From Verrucomicrobiota bacterium (GTDB taxonomy: Bacteria > Verrucomicrobiota > Verrucomicrobiia > Limisphaerales > CANJSG01): DNA of 64,000 nt. The notes under the pieces are model-generated. The model made no database searches, had not been told where the DNA came from, and saw only the letters and a list, made by a program, of their open reading frames with translations. The stretch is taken from contig JBBQXJ010000002.1 in NCBI GenBank assembly GCA_038209745.1, forward strand, positions 64,001 to 128,000. Reading direction: 5' to 3'. A program made the translations under genes and the position numbers. Below, piece after piece: positions 10,513-21,153 of the stretch; within the stretch, counting starts at the first letter, position 1, and the number at the start of each line of letters is the position of its first letter.

Positions 10513-11592
10513 TCAGTCCTTGTAGGGCGCGGCCGCCTCTTCGGGTCCCAGCTTGACCGGTGCCCCGGGCCGCAGTTTCTGGACGCCTTCCACCACGACC
10601 ATTTCCCCTTCGGTCAAACCGCTGACGACCTCGGCTTTGCCGGCGATGCGGAGGCCGACCTTCACCGGCTTCATCACGGCGGTGTTCGACGGGGTGATGG
10701 CGAAGACCATCGTGATGTCCCCGTTGTTGATGATGGAGGGCTCCGGGATGACCAGCGCCGCCTCGCGCAGCTGCAACGCGAGGTCGAGCCCGGCGAACAT
10801 GCCGCCGCGGAGCTTGAGGTCCGGGTTGGCGATCCGGGCCTTGACCAGCGCCGTGCGGGTGGAGGTGTCGAGCTGGGGCGCGATGAAATAGACTTCGCCG
10901 GTGAACTTTTCGCCGGGATAGGCGGCGACGTTGAAGCCGACCCTCTGCCCGATCCTGAGCTGGCGCAGGTAGCGTTCGGGCACGTTGACCTCGACCTTCA
11001 CGGTGTCCAGATCGACCACCGAAGTGAGCTGGGTGGCTTTGCTGATGACCTGGCCGGCGCTGATCAGCCGGGCCCCCGCGATACCGGCGAACGGCGTGAC
11101 GATCCGCGTATCCTTCATCTCGCGGCGTCGTAGCTCCACCGCGGCCTGGTTGGCGGCGAAGGTCGCCGACGCCGTGTCGAACTCCTGCTGGGAGATAAGG
11201 TGGTCGGCCAGAAGCTGCCGGGTCCGGTCAAAGGAACTCTGGGCGAGCTTGAGGTTGGCCTCGGTCTGGGAGAGCTGGGCCTGGAACTTGGAAGCGTCGA
11301 GCGCGACCAGGAGTTGGCCTTTCTCCACCCGCTGGCCTTCGTCGAAATTGATCTCGGTGACCAATCCATCCACCTCGGAGCGGACATCGATCATCTCGTT
11401 CGGCGCGATCGACCCGACCAGCGAAATGGATTCGGAGATGGGCGTTTTCTTGGCGGGAACAGCAATGACCTGGGTGGCCATACCGCCGGGAGCTCCTTTG
11501 GGGACGCCGTCGGCCGCCGGTTTCTTACCGCAGGCTGTGGAGATCAGGAGAAGGGAAGCGGAGCAGGCTGTCGCAATGCATCTGGCAGTCAT
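10513..11592 (-). CDS. RND periplasmic adaptor (membrane fusion protein), probable lipoprotein
   Basis: Lipobox-like STAC, GQRVEKGQLL, TRIVTPFAG, GLTEGEMVVVEG; adjacent to the RND permease. Confidence 0.93.
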   Translation of the reverse strand: MTARCIATACSASLLLISTACGKKPAADGVPKGAPGGMATQVIAVPAKKTPISESISLVGSIAPNEMIDVRSEVDGLVTEINFDEGQRVEKGQLLVALDASKFQAQLSQTEANLKLAQSSFDRTRQLLADHLISQQEFDTASATFAANQAAVELRRREMKDTRIVTPFAGIAGARLISAGQVISKATQLTSVVDLDTVKVEVNVPERYLRQLRIGQRVGFNVAAYPGEKFTGEVYFIAPQLDTSTRTALVKARIANPDLKLRGGMFAGLDLALQLREAALVIPEPSIINNGDITMVFAITPSNTAVMKPVKVGLRIAGKAEVVSGLTEGEMVVVEGVQKLRPGAPVKLGPEEAAAPYKD

Positions 11593-11691
11593 GTTGTTCA
11601 CGGAAGGGTGGCAAGCTATTGGGTTCCTTCGCCATCGCAAAATTCCCTCTTGAATGTGTTGCCGTCAGGGAGACGGCCCGCTGTCTTCCGG

Positions 11692-12144
11692 CTATTCCCG
11701 TAGTTTCGAATCGATGATCAAGGTCACAGGGCCGTCGTTGACCAGTCCCACCTGCATGTCGGCGCCGAAGATTCCGCTGGGGATGGTGCGCCCCAAGAGA
11801 TCCTCCAGCTTCTGGCGGAAGGCTTTGTAGAGCGGGATCGCGAGTTTGGGTTTGGCGGCGCGATGCCACGAAGGGCGAGTGCCTTTCCTGTTGCTGGGCA
11901 GCAGCGTGAACTGGCTGACGAGGAGAATGTCGCCGCCAGCTTCGATCACGGATCGGTTCATAGTGCCAGATTCGTCGTCGAAGACGTGGAGCTGGACGAG
12001 CTTGTTGACCAACCAATTGATGTCGTCCGCAGTGTCCGTCGGTTCGACGCCAAACAACACCAGTAGCCCCGGCCCGATGGATCCCACCGTTTCTCCGCCC
12101 GTCCGGACATTGGCTTCGGTGACACGTTGGAGGACGAGGCGCAC
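11692..12144 (-). CDS. dtd: D-aminoacyl-tRNA deacylase
   Basis: RLVLQRV, LLVSQFTL, GIFGADMQVGLVNDGPVT; GTG start at 12144. Confidence 0.95.
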   Translation of the reverse strand: MRLVLQRVTEANVRTGGETVGSIGPGLLVLFGVEPTDTADDINWLVNKLVQLHVFDDESGTMNRSVIEAGGDILLVSQFTLLPSNRKGTRPSWHRAAKPKLAIPLYKAFRQKLEDLLGRTIPSGIFGADMQVGLVNDGPVTLIIDSKLRE

Positions 12145-12570
12145 ATGGCGATTCCACTCCCGAGCCGCTCCGAGCACAAGACGGTTGAGTTGCCCTTGGC
12201 TGGTCGCAGTCTCCACTTGGGGCGAGCGGTTCACGGATTCTAGGGTTGGCAAAAACGAGAGAAGTGACCCATCGGAGGACGGATTTCTGGAGAAAGAGTG
12301 GTCGCGACCTGTTTTCCGGCAGCCTGCACGTCGGTCGATGGCCATCCAAGTTATCTCATCGGAAGGTCCGGCTGCGGTTACGGTCCGAAGAGATTTGCCG
12401 AAAGACTTTGCTTGTTTGCCGAAACGAGTCACATTGCGCACCTGTTTGATAGCTTGTCGCTTTCAAGGCATGGGAATCCTCAGTTGAAGTCAATTCAGTG
12501 ATGATTTTAGACCCGATCGTCGGGAACAGTCTGGAAATAGCAGCAGTCAGTTCAGGATAGTAATCATCAT

Positions 12571-12924
<354 letters not shown>

Positions 12925-12949
12925 GCGACCCTGCTATTTGTTTTCACAC

Positions 12950-12975
12950 AGGCCCGGCGAAAGCCGGGCCTTTTT
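12950..12975 (+). terminator. Intrinsic terminator
   Basis: AGGCCCGGC-GAAA-GCCGGGCCT followed by a T tract. Confidence 0.85.
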
Positions 12976-13025
12976 CGTGCTCAGATTGGCTTGGACCGAG
13001 CGGCGGAAGAGACGACGCAGCAGTG

Positions 13026-13811
13026 TCAGAGGTCGACTCCCGTGACGGCCACTCCCAAACGCTGGATTTTCTTGAGAATTGGAGCGGTTTCCGGGGTTCG
13101 GTTGGTGAAGAGATGGTCCAGCTCGCGCACGGAACAAAGCTCGCACATGGCTTGGCGTCCGATCTTGGAATGGTCCGCCAGCACGACCAGCTTCGCGGCC
13201 TGTTCAATCATCAGCTTCTCGCTGGCGAGAACGGTTTCGTTGTAGTTCGCGACTCCTTTCTCATCCACGCCGGCCGCGCCGAGGAAAGCCCATTGGGCGT
13301 GGTAGCGCCGGATGAAGTCCTCCGCCTGCGGGCCGACGACCAATCCCGACTCGGGCTCCAGCAAGCCGCCGGCAAGATAGACTTCCGCGCCGAGCTTGCC
13401 GGCCTTGAGGCGGTCGATGGCCTGGGCGATGACGAGCGAGTTGGTGATGACGCGGATGCGTTTCAGCGCGATGAACTCGGCCAATTGGAACGTCGTCGTG
13501 CCGCCGTCGATCATGACCACGTCGCCGTCCTTCAGCAGTTCGGCGGTGGCGCGGGCGATGGCGCGTTTGGCATCGATCTCCTGTTCCAGTCGTTTGGCGA
13601 AGGCGGGTGGTCCCATCTGCAACGCCCTCGGACCGGCCAACCGGATGCCGCCCCAGGTGCGTTCGACCTGACCGGTCTGCTCCAATTCCACGAAGGCACG
13701 CCGGATCGTCGCCGGCGACACGGTCAGCCGCTCACAGGCTTCCATGAGCGACAACTCGGGATCGTCCTGCAGGAGCTGGAGGATCTGCTTGAGGCGGAGA
13801 CGGCGTTTCAT
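13026..13811 (-). CDS. DeoR/GlpR family transcriptional regulator
   Basis: HTH VSPATIRR...RTWGG, IDGGTTT, VITNSL, LADHSKIG. Confidence 0.95.
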   Translation of the reverse strand: MKRRLRLKQILQLLQDDPELSLMEACERLTVSPATIRRAFVELEQTGQVERTWGGIRLAGPRALQMGPPAFAKRLEQEIDAKRAIARATAELLKDGDVVMIDGGTTTFQLAEFIALKRIRVITNSLVIAQAIDRLKAGKLGAEVYLAGGLLEPESGLVVGPQAEDFIRRYHAQWAFLGAAGVDEKGVANYNETVLASEKLMIEQAAKLVVLADHSKIGRQAMCELCSVRELDHLFTNRTPETAPILKKIQRLGVAVTGVDL

Positions 13812-13817
13812 GAGGAA

Positions 13818-13946
13818 GACACGAATTTCACGAATTTCCACGAATGACCGGAACGGGCCATAACACATCAGATTCGAGGACGAGGCGAGCCAGCCAAACG
13901 AACGAAGCCGTCGCTGCGATTCGTGCCAATTGGTGCAATTCGTGTC
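13818..13946. repeat. Inverted pair of triple CACGAAT short-repeat units
   Basis: GACACGAATTTCACGAATTTCCACGAAT (13818-13845) versus the reverse complement of 13919-13946, GACACGAATTGCACCAATTGGCACGAAT (24/28 identical). Confidence 0.7.
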
Positions 13947-14041
13947 TCACAGAAGTCGCAAAGTTTGTGTTTGACGCTGCGAACAAATTCTTCAGATTTC
14001 GCTCATAAATCAATCACTTTGATTTCCGACCTTTTCCAAAC

Positions 14042-16234
14042 ATGAGCACCTTCAAATACGTCTCGAACCTCTGGAACGACGCCGAAGCCGCCAAACTGAC
14101 CGGCGCCGACCGGCTCGTTTATCGTTCCAACAAGCTCGGCAGTGACCAGCGCATCACCAACACCGGCGGTGGCAACACCTCGTCCAAGCTCTCCGAGAAG
14201 GACCCGCTCACCGGCCAGGACACGACCGTGCTCTGGGTGAAGGGTTCCGGCGGCGATCTCCGCACCAGCAAGCTTGAGAACTTCTCGTCGCTGTATCAGG
14301 ACAAGCTGCTGGGCCTGAGAGGGATCTACGCCGCCCGCTCCGACAAGGGCCTCAAGTCGCAGGCCGAAGACGACATGGTGGGAATGTTCTCCCACACCAC
14401 CTTCAACCTGAACCCGCGCGCCTCGTCCATCGACACGACGCTCCACAGCTTCATTTCCGGCACGTTCGTAGACCACATGCATCCGAACGCCATCATCTCC
14501 GTCGCTGCCAGCGCACGTTGCGTTGAGCTGACGAAGGAGATTTTCGGCGGCGAAATGGCTTACGTGCCCTGGATGCGCCCCGGCTTCGAGCTCGGGCTGG
14601 CGATGCAGGAAATCGTGCAGAAGAATCCGAAGATCAAGGCCATCATGATGGGCCAACACGGCTTCATCTCCTGGGCCGAGGACGACAAGGATTGCTATTT
14701 CGCCACGCTCGGATTCATCGAGAAGGCCGCCGCCTACATCGAGGCCAAGTATCAGGCCAAAGGTGGCGACGCGACCGCCTTCGGCGGACAGAAATACCAG
14801 ACGCTTCCCGAGGCGGCCCGCCGCCAGGCGTTTGCCGCCATTCTCCCATGGTTGCGCGGGCAGGTCAGCCAACACCGCCGCTTAATCGGCACCGTGCAGG
14901 ACGACGAGAAGATCCTGCGCTTCGTGAACTCAGCCGACGCCCCGCGCCTGGCCGAACTCGGCACCAGCTGCCCCGACCATTTCCTCCGCACCAAGATCAA
15001 GCCGCTCTACGTCGATTGGAATCCGCAGTTGGAAGACGCCGCCGCGCTCAAGGCGAAGTTGAAGGTCGGCCTCGATCAGTATCGCGAGGACTACGCGACG
15101 TATTACGAGAAGTGCAAACACGCCAACTCCCCGGCGATGCGCGATGCGAATCCGACGGTCATCCTCATTCCCGGCCTTGGCATGATCGCGTGGGGCAAGG
15201 ACAAGTCCGAGAGCCGCGTCACCGCCGAGTTCTACAACTGCGCCGTTGAAGTCATGCGCGGAGCCGAGGCCATCGACCAATACATCGCGCTGCCGCAGCA
15301 GGAGGCCTTCGACATCGAGTATTGGCTGTTGGAAGAAGCGAAGCTGAAGCGCATGCCGGCCGAGAAGGAACTCGCCCGCCAGATCGTCGTCGTCATCGGT
15401 GCCGGCTCCGGCATCGGCAAGGAAACCGCCCATCGTCTCTGCAAAGAAGGCGCGCAGATCGTCTGCGTGGATCTCAACGAAGCCGCCGCCAAGGCCACGG
15501 CCGACGAGATCACGGCCAAGCTGGGGCAGGGGATCGGTGTCGCCGGCAGCGGCATCAGCGGTTGCGGCCCGTCTATCGGGCTCGCGGCCAACATCACCGA
15601 CCGCGCCAGCATCCGCGTCATGCTCGACCAGGTCGCGCTGGCCTACGGGGGGTTTGATTCCATCGCCGTCACCGCCGGCATCTTCGTGCCCAGCGACACC
15701 ACCGGCCACATTCCCGACGACAAGTGGGCGCTCACCTTCGGCATCAACGTCACCGGTAGCTATCTCGTGGCCGACGAGGCGTTCAAGACGTGGAAGGAAC
15801 AGGGTCTGCGCGGCAACCTAGTCCTGACCACCAGCGCCAACGCCGTCGTGGCCAAGAAGGGCAGCGTGGCCTACGACTGCTCCAAGGCCGCCGCCAACCA
15901 TCTGGTGCGCGAACTCTCCATCGAACTCAGCCCGCTGGTCCGCGTGAACGGCGTTGCTCCGGCCACTGTGGTCCAGGGCTCCGCCATGTTCCCGCGCGAC
16001 CGCGTGATCGGTTCGCTGGCCAAATACAGCATCCCCTACACGGACGACGAGGCGACCGAATCGCTGGTGAAGAAGCTGGCCCAGTTCTACGCCGACCGGA
16101 CCCTGACCAAGTCGCCCATCACCCCGGCCGACCAAGCCGAAGCCTACTTCTTGCTGGTGACCAATCGCCTCAGCAAAACCACCGGCCAAGTCATCACCGT
16201 GGACGGCGGCCTGCACGAAGCGTTTTTGAGGTAG
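14042..16234 (+). CDS. Bifunctional rhamnulose-1-phosphate aldolase / short-chain dehydrogenase (RhaEW/YuxG type)
   Basis: GGGNTSSK, VKGSGGDL, DHMHP, GTSCPDHFLRTK, IEYWLLEEAKL; SDR GAGSGIG and YxxxK (YDCSK). Confidence 0.95.
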   Translation: MSTFKYVSNLWNDAEAAKLTGADRLVYRSNKLGSDQRITNTGGGNTSSKLSEKDPLTGQDTTVLWVKGSGGDLRTSKLENFSSLYQDKLLGLRGIYAARSDKGLKSQAEDDMVGMFSHTTFNLNPRASSIDTTLHSFISGTFVDHMHPNAIISVAASARCVELTKEIFGGEMAYVPWMRPGFELGLAMQEIVQKNPKIKAIMMGQHGFISWAEDDKDCYFATLGFIEKAAAYIEAKYQAKGGDATAFGGQKYQTLPEAARRQAFAAILPWLRGQVSQHRRLIGTVQDDEKILRFVNSADAPRLAELGTSCPDHFLRTKIKPLYVDWNPQLEDAAALKAKLKVGLDQYREDYATYYEKCKHANSPAMRDANPTVILIPGLGMIAWGKDKSESRVTAEFYNCAVEVMRGAEAIDQYIALPQQEAFDIEYWLLEEAKLKRMPAEKELARQIVVVIGAGSGIGKETAHRLCKEGAQIVCVDLNEAAAKATADEITAKLGQGIGVAGSGISGCGPSIGLAANITDRASIRVMLDQVALAYGGFDSIAVTAGIFVPSDTTGHIPDDKWALTFGINVTGSYLVADEAFKTWKEQGLRGNLVLTTSANAVVAKKGSVAYDCSKAAANHLVRELSIELSPLVRVNGVAPATVVQGSAMFPRDRVIGSLAKYSIPYTDDEATESLVKKLAQFYADRTLTKSPITPADQAEAYFLLVTNRLSKTTGQVITVDGGLHEAFLR

Positions 16235-16237
16235 CCC

Positions 16238-16337
16238 GTAGCCACGCTCGTGAGAGCGCGCCAATTGGTTCGAGACTCGATCAGCGCCGACCGACAAACG
16301 GTGGCTACAAATCCCGTAGCCGCCGACGTCAGTCGGC
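16238..16337. repeat. Cluster of GTAG-type REP palindromes
   Basis: GTAGCCACGCTCGTGAGAGCG, inverted ...CGGTGGCTAC, and GTAGCCGCCGACGTCAGTCGGC. Confidence 0.7.
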
Positions 16338-16372
16338 CCTAACTCTTTTCCTTGCCCGAGGACGATCACGCC

Positions 16373-16500
16373 ATGCCCAAAAAGCGTTCGTCATTCTCCC
16401 ACTACCTTCCGCGTCTCAAGCGCGAGTTCTATCTGGCCGACGCCGTCGTCTTCTGGACCCTTCCCATCGCCCACCGGACCGAGGCTGGCTCAACTTTCGG
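16373..16500 (+). pseudogene. Truncated, frameshifted REP-associated tyrosine transposase (RAYT)-like N-terminus
   Basis: HYLPRLKREFYLADAVVFWTLPIAHR, then GWLN in a shifted frame; directly follows GTAG REPs; HUH motif region absent. Confidence 0.55.
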
Positions 16501-16674
16501 GGAGCACGCCAAGTTGGCACGCATCAAAAACCAAGCAGTTTCGTTTTTTTTGAATGCTGATTAAGGCAGCTGCTTCAGGTTGGTTGAGCATTGGATTTCT
16601 CGGTGAGGCTTATTGGCGCGAAACTAGCCCCATTGTTCGAACATTTCGTTACACACACACACATCCGGTTCCGA

Positions 16675-17070
16675 TCAGATAGGGTTTTCCGCCAGACCCT
16701 TGGCCCAGCTTTTTTGGCAGAGATTTCCATCCAGAGTGGCCAGCTTCAGGCCATTTACTGTCGCCAGTCGGGTCAAATGGGCGTCCGAGACGTCACGATG
16801 GGTTCCAAGCTCAGGCAGTGAAGTAGCTGCGGTGCCGTCCGTGACAAATTGGTGGGTCGGCATCTCGACCATCGCCCGCAAAACGCGCTGGGCATCCGCG
16901 AACGACGCTCCATAAGCCGGTCCAATGCTGATCCGGATGAAGCCCATTTGAGTGACGGGACAGGTTGCGAAGGAATCGAGCGAGTCCAGCCATCGGTTGG
17001 CGGCGGCGTGGTGCGAATGGGCGCTCCAGCCGCACGCCAAGAGCAGGTTCGCGTCTAGCAGATGGCTCAA
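16675..17070 (-). CDS. vapC: PIN-domain VapC family toxin
   Basis: LLDANLL, TQMGFIR, DVSDAHL, LATLDG. Confidence 0.9.
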   Translation of the reverse strand: MSHLLDANLLLACGWSAHSHHAAANRWLDSLDSFATCPVTQMGFIRISIGPAYGASFADAQRVLRAMVEMPTHQFVTDGTAATSLPELGTHRDVSDAHLTRLATVNGLKLATLDGNLCQKSWAKGLAENPI

Positions 17071-17318
17071 GGGAAGTCCTCCAGCAGCGTCTTTACCAGT
17101 TCAGGCGTCATAGGCGGTGCTCCTTTGGGAGCGACCAACACCGGTCGGCCAAACTTTCCTTTGATCAACTTGGCCCGCTTGGGTTGGTCACGCTGGATGA
17201 TCAGCCGCTGGCCTTCCATTTTCAGTTCGACCCGATCGCCGGGCTGGAGGTGCAGCGCCCTGCGGATGCTGCTGGGGATGACCAACTGCCCCTTGGTGGA
17301 CAACGTCGCCGTGCTCAT
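17067..17318 (-). CDS. AbrB/MazE/SpoVT family antitoxin
   Basis: LSTKGQLVIPSSIRRALHLQPGDRV; 4-nt overlap with the toxin gene. Confidence 0.92.
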   Translation of the reverse strand: MSTATLSTKGQLVIPSSIRRALHLQPGDRVELKMEGQRLIIQRDQPKRAKLIKGKFGRPVLVAPKGAPPMTPELVKTLLEDFP

Positions 17319-17338
17319 GCCCGTTTGTCTTACTTGGC

Positions 17339-18910
17339 TTACTCATTTCCGGCAAGCCGACATAGTTGATCCACCCAGCGCATTTGGGTCTTGTTCGGCT
17401 GAGCGGGTAGAAGCATCGGCTTCCGCCCGATCTCCGTCGTCGCGTCCCATTGGTCGAAGTAGAGGTTCTTGCCGTCGACTTCTACTTCGCCGCGCTGGAA
17501 GTCGGCGGGTTCGGAGCGGAGGGATTCTTTGGGCGGGAAGAGTTCGCGGCCCCAGTCGAGGTTCACGATCATCCGGTAGCTGTCCTGGTGGCCGCAGTAG
17601 AAGTCGGCGATGCGGGGATCGTCCGACTCCTGCACGCCATAGGAAGCGTCGGCGGGGAGCCAGCCCCAGGGCGCGATGTAGATCTCGGACCAGTCGTGCA
17701 TGCCAGATTGGCTGGGCTCGGTCTCGTAGCCGCTCTGCCAGCGGGCCGGGACGCCGGCGATGCGGCACATCGTCACGAAGACGGAGCTCTGCACGCCGCA
17801 GTCGCCGCGGCGGTCGGTGAAGCCTTTGAGGGCGAGGGACGGGATGATGCAATACTCGTCCTCCGCGTTCCACGGGACGTTGGCGCTGACCCAGCGGAAG
17901 ATGCGGCGGGCTTTGGCCAGCGCGTTGGTTTCCTGGCCGATGATAGTGGCGACTTGGGTGCGGATTTCCGGGGTGAAAACGAGATGGGGTGGACGCTCGT
18001 TCAAACAAGCTCCGTCCCAATCGGCAGGCAGCGGCTGCACTTTCGCTTCGTCGAGCCGGGGATAGTAGGCAAAGGAGTCGAAACTTAGGACCAGCTTGAA
18101 CTCGATCGGTCTCGTCGGATCGGCGACGCGTTGCTCGAAGTAGACTGTGCGTTGGGCCCCGGCGGTGACGGGATTCCCGTCCTTGCCATTGGGGGCGATC
18201 TGTTTTGGCTCGGGCGTGGCGCGGATGAGTTTGACGTTGTGCTGCTGGCGGTATTCTTGGGGAAACGGCAGCCAAGCCCGGACGAGCGAACCGGTCCTGA
18301 TGCCCGGCGTGTTCGCCGGAATCGTCAGGGTGTGGGTGACCTCGTGATGGACAGGCTGGACTTCGGTTCGGCCAGTGCGGTCCGCTTCGGCCACGATCTC
18401 TTTCAGATGATCGCCGAGTTTCCACTCGCGTTCAGGCGGCGCATTGCCCGCCTGTTTGCGGCGCGTTTTGGCCTCGTCGCAGAAGAGAAAAATGTTCTGG
18501 GACGCGCGGCGGAAGAACCGCTTTTGGCCGTCGATCATCCTGTGGCGGGCATGGCTCGCCTTGGCCCAGCGGTCGACTTCGCTCGCGGTGGCTTCGGGCA
18601 CCGACTGCTTGACGTTGGCCAGCAGACCGTCGGCATCCAACGAATACTCGACCCGGATGCGCCGGACGATCTCGGCGGCTTCGCTTCGATCCCGCAGGGC
18701 TTTCGGGTCCCCTGTCTTGGAGCTTGCGGCGAGCTGGGATCCGGCTTCCTTGAACCGGCCCTTCTCCAGCAGCGCGAAGGCCCTGGTCACGACCGGGTCT
18801 TTGGAAGTGAAAGCCGACGAAGCCCCCGACGGCTCGTTTGCCGGGGCCGAGTTGGCGGCTGCCGTCATCAGGATCAATGCGCCAGCCAGAAGAATTGAGG
18901 TCGGCCTCAT
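17339..18910 (-). CDS. Secreted transglutaminase-like domain protein
   Basis: Signal peptide MRPTSILLAG; Cys-His-Asp triad context GDCG, CRIAGVPARW, HDWSEIY, GWLPADAS. Confidence 0.88.
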   Translation of the reverse strand: MRPTSILLAGALILMTAAANSAPANEPSGASSAFTSKDPVVTRAFALLEKGRFKEAGSQLAASSKTGDPKALRDRSEAAEIVRRIRVEYSLDADGLLANVKQSVPEATASEVDRWAKASHARHRMIDGQKRFFRRASQNIFLFCDEAKTRRKQAGNAPPEREWKLGDHLKEIVAEADRTGRTEVQPVHHEVTHTLTIPANTPGIRTGSLVRAWLPFPQEYRQQHNVKLIRATPEPKQIAPNGKDGNPVTAGAQRTVYFEQRVADPTRPIEFKLVLSFDSFAYYPRLDEAKVQPLPADWDGACLNERPPHLVFTPEIRTQVATIIGQETNALAKARRIFRWVSANVPWNAEDEYCIIPSLALKGFTDRRGDCGVQSSVFVTMCRIAGVPARWQSGYETEPSQSGMHDWSEIYIAPWGWLPADASYGVQESDDPRIADFYCGHQDSYRMIVNLDWGRELFPPKESLRSEPADFQRGEVEVDGKNLYFDQWDATTEIGRKPMLLPAQPNKTQMRWVDQLCRLAGNE

Positions 18911-19350
18911 TGGCGGAAGAGTCTGGGTTCGTGTTCGAAGTGGAGATGCCCCCCGGATTGGGGAAGTCCAATGACGATTACCGCGCAACCGGCGCGGCGA
19001 ACATTTCCCCGCGACCCGAGTCCACGCAGACGACGGCGGTGGGTCTGAACGCCCGCTTCCGTGGATTCGGGGCGAGTTGACCGGATCAAGAGGAGCGGTT
19101 TCAGGGCGGGGAGTCGAACATCCGGCCCGGTCGGAGCAGGCGCGGGTGAACGCGGCCAAGATCCACGCGGCGGATCCGGCCGGCTTCTTCCAAATGCCTG
19201 GGATGCGCTGTCTGGAGGGCGGTTGAAGGAAACGTTTCTCTATGTGAACCAGCCTAGTGCGTTGGTGCCGGAGGCATCCGGACGGGAGGCGACGATTCGT
19301 GCGATCGGGCAGTCGGACTCGACGCCGGGTGGGAAGTGATCCTGGCAAAT

Positions 19351-19382
19351 GAAAGCCGCCGGGAGGAACTCCCGGCGGCTTC
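19351..19382 (-). terminator. Intrinsic terminator downstream of tal
   Basis: 13-bp stem AAGCCGCCGGGAG/CTCCCGGCGGCTT with a short U tract on the minus strand. Confidence 0.7.
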
Positions 19383-19405
19383 GAAGAACGATTCTGCGTT
19401 GACGA

Positions 19406-20371
19406 CTACAGCCCGAGCTTGGGCCCGATGGCCTTCTCCAGCTTGATGGTGTCGATGCCGAACTGGCGGATGCCTTCGGCGAGCTTCTCGGTCGCCATGG
19501 GGTCTTCGTTGTGCATCCAGCGGAACGACTTTTCGTCGAGGTGGATCTTGGCGTCTTTGTTGACGGAAGTCGCCTTGGAGGCGTCGAGCTTGCGGGTGAG
19601 TTCGCCGGTGCCCTTTTGGAGTTCTTCCAAAAGCTGCGGGCTGATGGTCAGGAGGTCGCAGCCGGCGAGTTCGGTGATTTCACCGAGGTTGCGGAAGGAG
19701 GCGCCCATGACCTCGGTCTTGTAGCCGTGGGTCTTGTAGTAGTTGTAGATGCGGGTGACGGAAACGACTCCGGGATCTTCGGCCGGGGCGTAGTCGGTCT
19801 TGCCGGTGCTCTTCTTGTGCCAGTCGAGAATGCGGCCGACGAAGGGAGAGATGAGCTGGACGCCCGCCTCGGCACAGGCGATGGCTTGGGCGAAGGAGAA
19901 AAGAAGGGTGAGGTTGCAGTTGATGCCTTCCTTCTTCAGCACTGCAGCGGCCTGGATGCCTTCCCAGGTGGAGGCGAGCTTGATCAAGACGCGTTCGCGG
20001 GAGATGCCGGCGGCGTCGTAGAGGCCGATGAGCTTGCGCGCTTTGGCGAGGGAGCCTTCGTAGTCGAAGCTCAGGCGGGCGTCGACCTCGGTGGAGACAC
20101 GATGGGGGACGATCTTGAGGATTTCGACGCCGAACGCGACCGAGAGCCGGTCGAGGGCGTCTTCGAGGCGCTGCGGGCCAGTGAGACTTGCGGGGACGGA
20201 CTTCAGGGTCGCGTCGATCAGCTCGGCGTATTCCGGCATGGTCGCGGCCTTGAGGAGCAGGCTGGGATTGGTCGTAGCGTCACGCGGGGTGTATTTCCGC
20301 ATGGCGGCGAAGTCGCCGGTGTCTGCCACGATGAGGCTGAAGTTTTTGATCTGGGTGAGGAGGTCGTTCAT
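19406..20371 (-). CDS. tal: Transaldolase
   Basis: [58 protein letters not shown]. Confidence 0.98.
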   Translation of the reverse strand: MNDLLTQIKNFSLIVADTGDFAAMRKYTPRDATTNPSLLLKAATMPEYAELIDATLKSVPASLTGPQRLEDALDRLSVAFGVEILKIVPHRVSTEVDARLSFDYEGSLAKARKLIGLYDAAGISRERVLIKLASTWEGIQAAAVLKKEGINCNLTLLFSFAQAIACAEAGVQLISPFVGRILDWHKKSTGKTDYAPAEDPGVVSVTRIYNYYKTHGYKTEVMGASFRNLGEITELAGCDLLTISPQLLEELQKGTGELTRKLDASKATSVNKDAKIHLDEKSFRWMHNEDPMATEKLAEGIRQFGIDTIKLEKAIGPKLGL

Positions 20372-20409
20372 GGGAAGAGACAAACGTATTTCGGCGACGC
20401 GGCCAACTG

Positions 20410-20952
20410 CAATTCAGATTCAGGACCGGTTGGACGGAGCCGGGGCAGGGACAAGGGCAGAAACGTTCTATCAATCCTGTCGCAAGACGTCGTCAAGCCC
20501 GATTCGGACCGTGGTCTCTACGACTCGGAATTCACCAAGCTGAAGTCCTACGTCAACGACGCGGCGACTCCCACACCGGAAGCAGTGGTGCCTTCGCGAT
20601 GGCGGGAGTGGATCTCACCGGTTCGTCCGATGCGGCGGCCATGGGATCGGGCTCCGCTTTCGCGTCAACCACAGCGGCCACAACGGCGCTGACAACCGTA
20701 CAGGGTGCCATCACCAGGTTGGCGACGGACCGAGCTCAAATCGCTGCGAACGTTGCGCGCTTGAAATGCACCCGCGAACAATCGGGCATCCGCTGGGACG
20801 ACCTATCGCGGGCCAACAGCCGCATCAAAAAGGTGGACGTGGTCGAGGAAAGCACGCGGTTTGCGCGATACAACAGCCTGGTCCAAGCAGGAGCGGCGAT
20901 GTTGCCGCAGCTGAACCGGACCCCGGAAGGCGTATTGCGTCCGCTCCAATAA
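20410..20952 (+). pseudogene. Decayed flagellin paralog (5'-truncated, internal deletion and frameshift)
   Basis: LSILSQDVVKPDSDRGLYDSEFTKLKSYV matches fliC LSVLSQDVTKSDSDRGLYNKEFTELKTYI; a second frame gives AITRLATDRAQIAANVARL...ANSRIKKVDVVEESTRFARYNSLVQAG...LRPLQ. Confidence 0.88.
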
Positions 20953-21046
20953 AAGACGACGAGCCCCTGAACGGTCCGGCACACCCGGTCGACGCGTAAC
21001 CGGGTCGACCCGGTTCCTTTTTCCGGTTGTATGCAAAAGAGCGTTC

Positions 21047-21073
21047 TAAAGTATTTCGAGAGGGAGCCGATTG
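21047..21073 (+). promoter_or_regulatory. Sigma-28 (FliA)-type promoter of fliC
   Basis: TAAA-N15-GCCGATTG versus consensus TAAA-N15-GCCGATAA. Confidence 0.8.
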
Positions 21074-21153
21074 ATATGTTGACCGCAAGGTCAGGGTTCC
21101 GGAGCCCGAAACTCACCGGACGGGATAAGGTGATGCCCGCAATGAAATTCACC

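Noticed and set aside
12145..12570. Long intergenic region possibly holding an ncRNA or riboswitch (also 18911-19350)
   Set aside because: No recognisable RNA motif by eye; an Rfam/Infernal scan would be needed.
16613..16628. Sigma-54-like TTGGCGCG-N4-TAGC
   Set aside because: Imperfect -12 box and no plus-strand gene downstream.
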